The notes below the pieces were generated by a model, which worked only from the letters and a program-made list of their open reading frames with translations, ran no database searches and had not been told where the DNA came from. A DNA stretch of 63,971 nt, filler included, from an uncultured Methanoregulaceae archaeon (lineage in GTDB: Archaea > Halobacteriota > Methanomicrobia > Methanomicrobiales > Methanospirillaceae): assembly GCA_964530035.1 (NCBI GenBank). It is 4 parts of 4 records of this genome, joined end to end, with 100 filler letters (N's around TTAATTAATTAA, not from the genome) between each part and the next. Parts side by side here need not be neighbours in the genome. Positions count along the whole stretch, not along the records: positions 58,989 to 63,971 come from CAZGXZ010000172.1; 3 more parts are not named here. One strand, 5' to 3'. Numbering within the stretch: position 1 is the first letter of the stretch; each line of letters opens with the position of its first letter. A program made the translations under genes and the position numbers. Positions 61,086 through 63,971 of this stretch are shown one piece after another.

Positions 61086-63014
61086 CTACTTCTCACCTTT
61101 TCCGGGACGAGTGCTGAAAGGCTGGTATGGTACACCTCCACCCTCGTAGAACTTGGAAAAAAATTCCACCACGTGAAGACGGACACTGTGGATGGAAGGA
61201 CTGAACATGGCGAGGACCAGGTTCAGGATATGGAGCATCACTGCTATCAGGACCCCAAGGAGCAACACCTCCATGGCCCCCCCCAGCCGGTTTGCGATCA
61301 TGGCAAGGATGACTGATGCCATGCCAATCGCCATCAGGCGGGCATATGAGAGGATGTTTCCGACCGTGCTCATGATCTCGATGGCACCCATAGTGCCCCC
61401 CCCGTAGATGATGAGGAGTATGGCCACACCCAGAACAATGAATGCCGGAATCGTGAGGTATTCAGGAAGGAACCGGACAACGACGCCCAGGACCAGGAGC
61501 AGTCCGGCGATCAGCCCGATCATGCCACATTTTTCACAGATATGTTTTCTCTTTCGACTGTTGATGGCATTTACAAGCCCGATCACCAGGCCCAGGACGA
61601 CATGGATGACCCCGATGCTGATCGTTATGATAAGGAGGGGGACCATCGCCTCGAGCCGGTTCCAGGTCACACCGAACAGCTCGACCGGGTGGACCCAGCC
61701 CATCATCTCACCGAAGTCGCCAAAGAACTCACCGAAAAGATAACCGAAAAATATTGCCGGAAATGAAGATATGAGTAGAATTCCCGATATCTGGTGGAGC
61801 CATTGAATATGGGCATAACGGAACCTTATAAACAGGCTGAACAGCAGGATCAGTATCCCGTACCCGATATCACCGACGATGATGCCGAAAAAGAGCGGGA
61901 AGAAAATGGCCATAATCGGTGTCGGGTCGATCTCGGAGTACCTGGGCGGGCTGGCAAGCTGCATGAAAAACTCAAAGGGCTTGACCCAACGGGGGTTGTC
62001 ATAGAAGACCGGGACCTTGTCGATGCGGTCCGCTGTAACTTGTTCCTCCACCATCACTACCCGTTCGCCGAAGGCTTCTGAAAGTGCATCCCGCGTCTTT
62101 TTCATGAATTTTGCCGGTATCCATCCCCTCACCATTACAGTGTACTCCGTCTCCGCGAACTGGTGATAGGCACGGATCTCTTCCTCCCGTTCGGATAACA
62201 CGGTTTTAAGTGCTATCAGCTCGGTATACCATTCCCTGGAGATGCTTTCCAGGTTGCGGGTTAATTGCTCCCGTTCCTGGATTGCCGCACGGCGTTTCTT
62301 ATCAAGCAGGAGCAGTGCCTGTGCAAGCGGCATGTTTGCAAATTCCTGGGGGATACGGACCTCGTTGATGTTCTTGGAATACAGGAAGTGGTGAACATCA
62401 TCCGAGTATTTTTTGCTGAACACCGTGATGGCGGCAATGGTTTCCTCGTCGAGATCGGCGGAGATCAGTTCATATTGATCATTCGTTATCTCTTTCAACG
62501 TCGGACGGATGATATCGAGTACGTCCTCGAACTCCTTGCTGACGAGGAGGACCGTAACCTCGAAACCCCTGAGCGTAGGCAGTTGTTGTTCAAGGGGCTG
62601 GATTTTATCAATAATCTTCTCGTACCGGTTCAGGCCGCTGACCGTGATCTCCAGTTCGCTGATCCTGCCGGAGTGGTCTTTTGCCGATGACTCGAGAACC
62701 CCGATGACTTCTCTCGCCCTCTTCATCACCAGCGGGGTTGAAAGGCTCCGGGTTCTCTGGAATATCTCCCCTGACTCGCTATTTGCGTTCGGGTCAGCCG
62801 GGATCAACGATACGATGCCTTCTATGGTCGCAATCAGCGCGGAGATCTCCGTATGGTCGGCGGGATGCAGCTTCCTGATGTTTTCACACTCGGCCGGGAG
62901 ACATTCTGTGACCTCCTCAAGGTGAATGGTCCCCATCTGGTACAGGACGTCAACAAGGTGGTTGAAGTCCTTCTTCGGCCCTACAACAAGGACACTCCTC
63001 ATTTTCTGGAGCAT
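61086..63014 (-). CDS. atpI: Second A/V-type ATPase subunit I (a)
   Basis: PRYSEIDPT, FFGIIVGDIGYG, GEFFG, LSYARLMAIG, IHSVRLHVVEFFSKFY. Confidence 0.95.
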   Translation of the reverse strand: MLQKMRSVLVVGPKKDFNHLVDVLYQMGTIHLEEVTECLPAECENIRKLHPADHTEISALIATIEGIVSLIPADPNANSESGEIFQRTRSLSTPLVMKRAREVIGVLESSAKDHSGRISELEITVSGLNRYEKIIDKIQPLEQQLPTLRGFEVTVLLVSKEFEDVLDIIRPTLKEITNDQYELISADLDEETIAAITVFSKKYSDDVHHFLYSKNINEVRIPQEFANMPLAQALLLLDKKRRAAIQEREQLTRNLESISREWYTELIALKTVLSEREEEIRAYHQFAETEYTVMVRGWIPAKFMKKTRDALSEAFGERVVMVEEQVTADRIDKVPVFYDNPRWVKPFEFFMQLASPPRYSEIDPTPIMAIFFPLFFGIIVGDIGYGILILLFSLFIRFRYAHIQWLHQISGILLISSFPAIFFGYLFGEFFGDFGEMMGWVHPVELFGVTWNRLEAMVPLLIITISIGVIHVVLGLVIGLVNAINSRKRKHICEKCGMIGLIAGLLLVLGVVVRFLPEYLTIPAFIVLGVAILLIIYGGGTMGAIEIMSTVGNILSYARLMAIGMASVILAMIANRLGGAMEVLLLGVLIAVMLHILNLVLAMFSPSIHSVRLHVVEFFSKFYEGGGVPYQPFSTRPGKGEK

Positions 63015-63018
63015 GGGT

Positions 63019-63408
63019 CTACCCGGGTTTTACCGCGTTGACGACAAGGTCGACGGCGGCATCGAAATTATACTTTTTACGCTCACGCTGGACCTGGATC
63101 CTCTCATCCCACTCCTTCCTGACACGGCTGCTTTCAGTACCGATTGTTTCCATGGCAGCGGTCCAGATCTTCTCAGCCTCGGCTTCTACCTCCTTCTGTT
63201 GTGATTCCAACCATTTTTGAGCCTCCTGGTGCCGGACGGTAACATGCTCCGAGGCCTCCCGCTCGGCAGATGCAATCCTTCCCTGCAACTCCTCCTCTTT
63301 CAGTCGGATCTGCTCCAGAAGCGATTCTTCCTCACCCTGACCAGGAGCCCTACCTGGGGTGGCCTGGTGCCGGGATTCCATGTTCACGGGGTCCCTGTCC
63401 ATCTGCAT
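63019..63408 (-). CDS. Second A/V-type ATPase subunit H/G
   Basis: Charged coiled coil (SLLEQIRLKEEEL...FDAAVDLVVNAV) directly upstream of subunit I; GGAGG RBS. Confidence 0.78.
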   Translation of the reverse strand: MQMDRDPVNMESRHQATPGRAPGQGEEESLLEQIRLKEEELQGRIASAEREASEHVTVRHQEAQKWLESQQKEVEAEAEKIWTAAMETIGTESSRVRKEWDERIQVQRERKKYNFDAAVDLVVNAVKPG

Positions 63409-63416
63409 CCTCCTTC

Positions 63417-63590
63417 TTACAAACCATGGTTACGTCTTAAAAAAATCGTGATATCATTGTTCCGGGGAACAAAACGAACGTTCATGACGAGGTCATCGGA
63501 TGCGTTGTGAGCCCGCTCTATCCGCTCGGCACACCGTTTCATCGCCTGATTTTTCAGTTTCATGATGATTTCGTCCTTTGACGCGGCCAT
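63417..63590 (-). CDS. 57-aa leader ORF of the second ATPase operon (function unknown)
   Basis: Manual translation: MAASKDEIIMKLKNQAMKRCAERIERAHNASDDLVMNVRFVPRNNDITIFLRRNHGL*. Its stop is followed immediately by the next gene's RBS. Below the ORF-track length cutoff. Confidence 0.5.
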   Translation of the reverse strand: MAASKDEIIMKLKNQAMKRCAERIERAHNASDDLVMNVRFVPRNNDITIFLRRNHGL

Positions 63591-63610
63591 CGGACGGTCC
63601 CCCGTTTTTT

Positions 63611-63650
63611 GATTGACGCTGAATGATTGTCAATCGAGTAGATATAATTT
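63611..63650 (-). promoter_or_regulatory. TATA box plus downstream inverted repeat (candidate operator) of the second ATPase operon
   Basis: GATTGAC-N11-GTCAATC at 63611-63635; minus-strand AAATTATATC at 63641-63650. Confidence 0.5.
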
Positions 63651-63921
63651 ATTGTTTTAACAGGGTAAAAATAAAAATAAAAAGGGCTTTGTTGAAATCC
63701 TCCACATCTTCATTTTTATTCACCCCATTATAAGAGATATCCATCAGTTGCAATTCGAATGATAGGATTTCCTATGAAAACACTAAAAATGGCCACATAA
63801 TATCGAGATTTTGTATGGGGATTTCCATGGTTCTGGTGTGAACTCCCGTTCATTACATTTTAATAGAGTCGATTTTTTGGCTTTTACTTTTAACAAGCAG
63901 AGGATCAAAGAGATGAGAACC

Positions 63922-63971
63922 GGGGGGCTGCCGCCCCCCAAACCCCCTGCATACGATAGCCATTGCAAGCC
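63922..63971. repeat. Second copy (left arm) of the GC-rich REP/MITE-like element, running off the window
   Basis: GGGGGGC-TGCC-GCCCCCC hairpin; 63926-63971 is 44/46 identical to 29211-29256. Confidence 0.8.

Overview
Archaeal methanogen DNA (Methanomicrobiales, Methanoregulaceae/Methanolinea-like, judged from gene content). It is four contigs joined by artificial 100-nt linkers (44 N + TTAATTAATTAA + 44 N) at 19824-19923, 39358-39457 and 58889-58988, so adjacency across linkers carries no information. Contig 1 holds housekeeping genes (guaAB, pyrG, hisD, lig, nreA, manC, two cooC, cdhA/cdhB) and a stand-alone TPR-wHTH + BrxD-type ATPase pair. Contig 2 is the accessory-rich part. Its best candidate for a new system is a nine-gene operon joining HdrB, an HdrC reduced to its C-terminal tail and a 4x[4Fe-4S] protein to a complete membrane-bound group 4 [NiFe]-hydrogenase with its own maturation protease. 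This could be an ion-translocating H2:disulfide oxidoreductase, which is not expected in this cytochrome-free order. Contig 2 also carries a decayed MNT-HEPN toxin-antitoxin pair, a REP/MITE-like GC-rich element that recurs at the window end, a homologue of the Methanospirillum amyloid-like sheath protein, and two M50 proteases with long low-complexity ectodomains flanking a REC-PAS histidine kinase. Contig 3 holds korBC, sucCD, ade, pgk, the main A1A0 ATP synthase operon and a type IV pilus platform gene. Contig 4 holds a second, divergent A/V-ATPase operon with a short leader ORF and a palindromic operator candidate. I saw no CRISPR array, rRNA, tRNA or transposase. All family assignments come from motif recognition by eye, not database searches.
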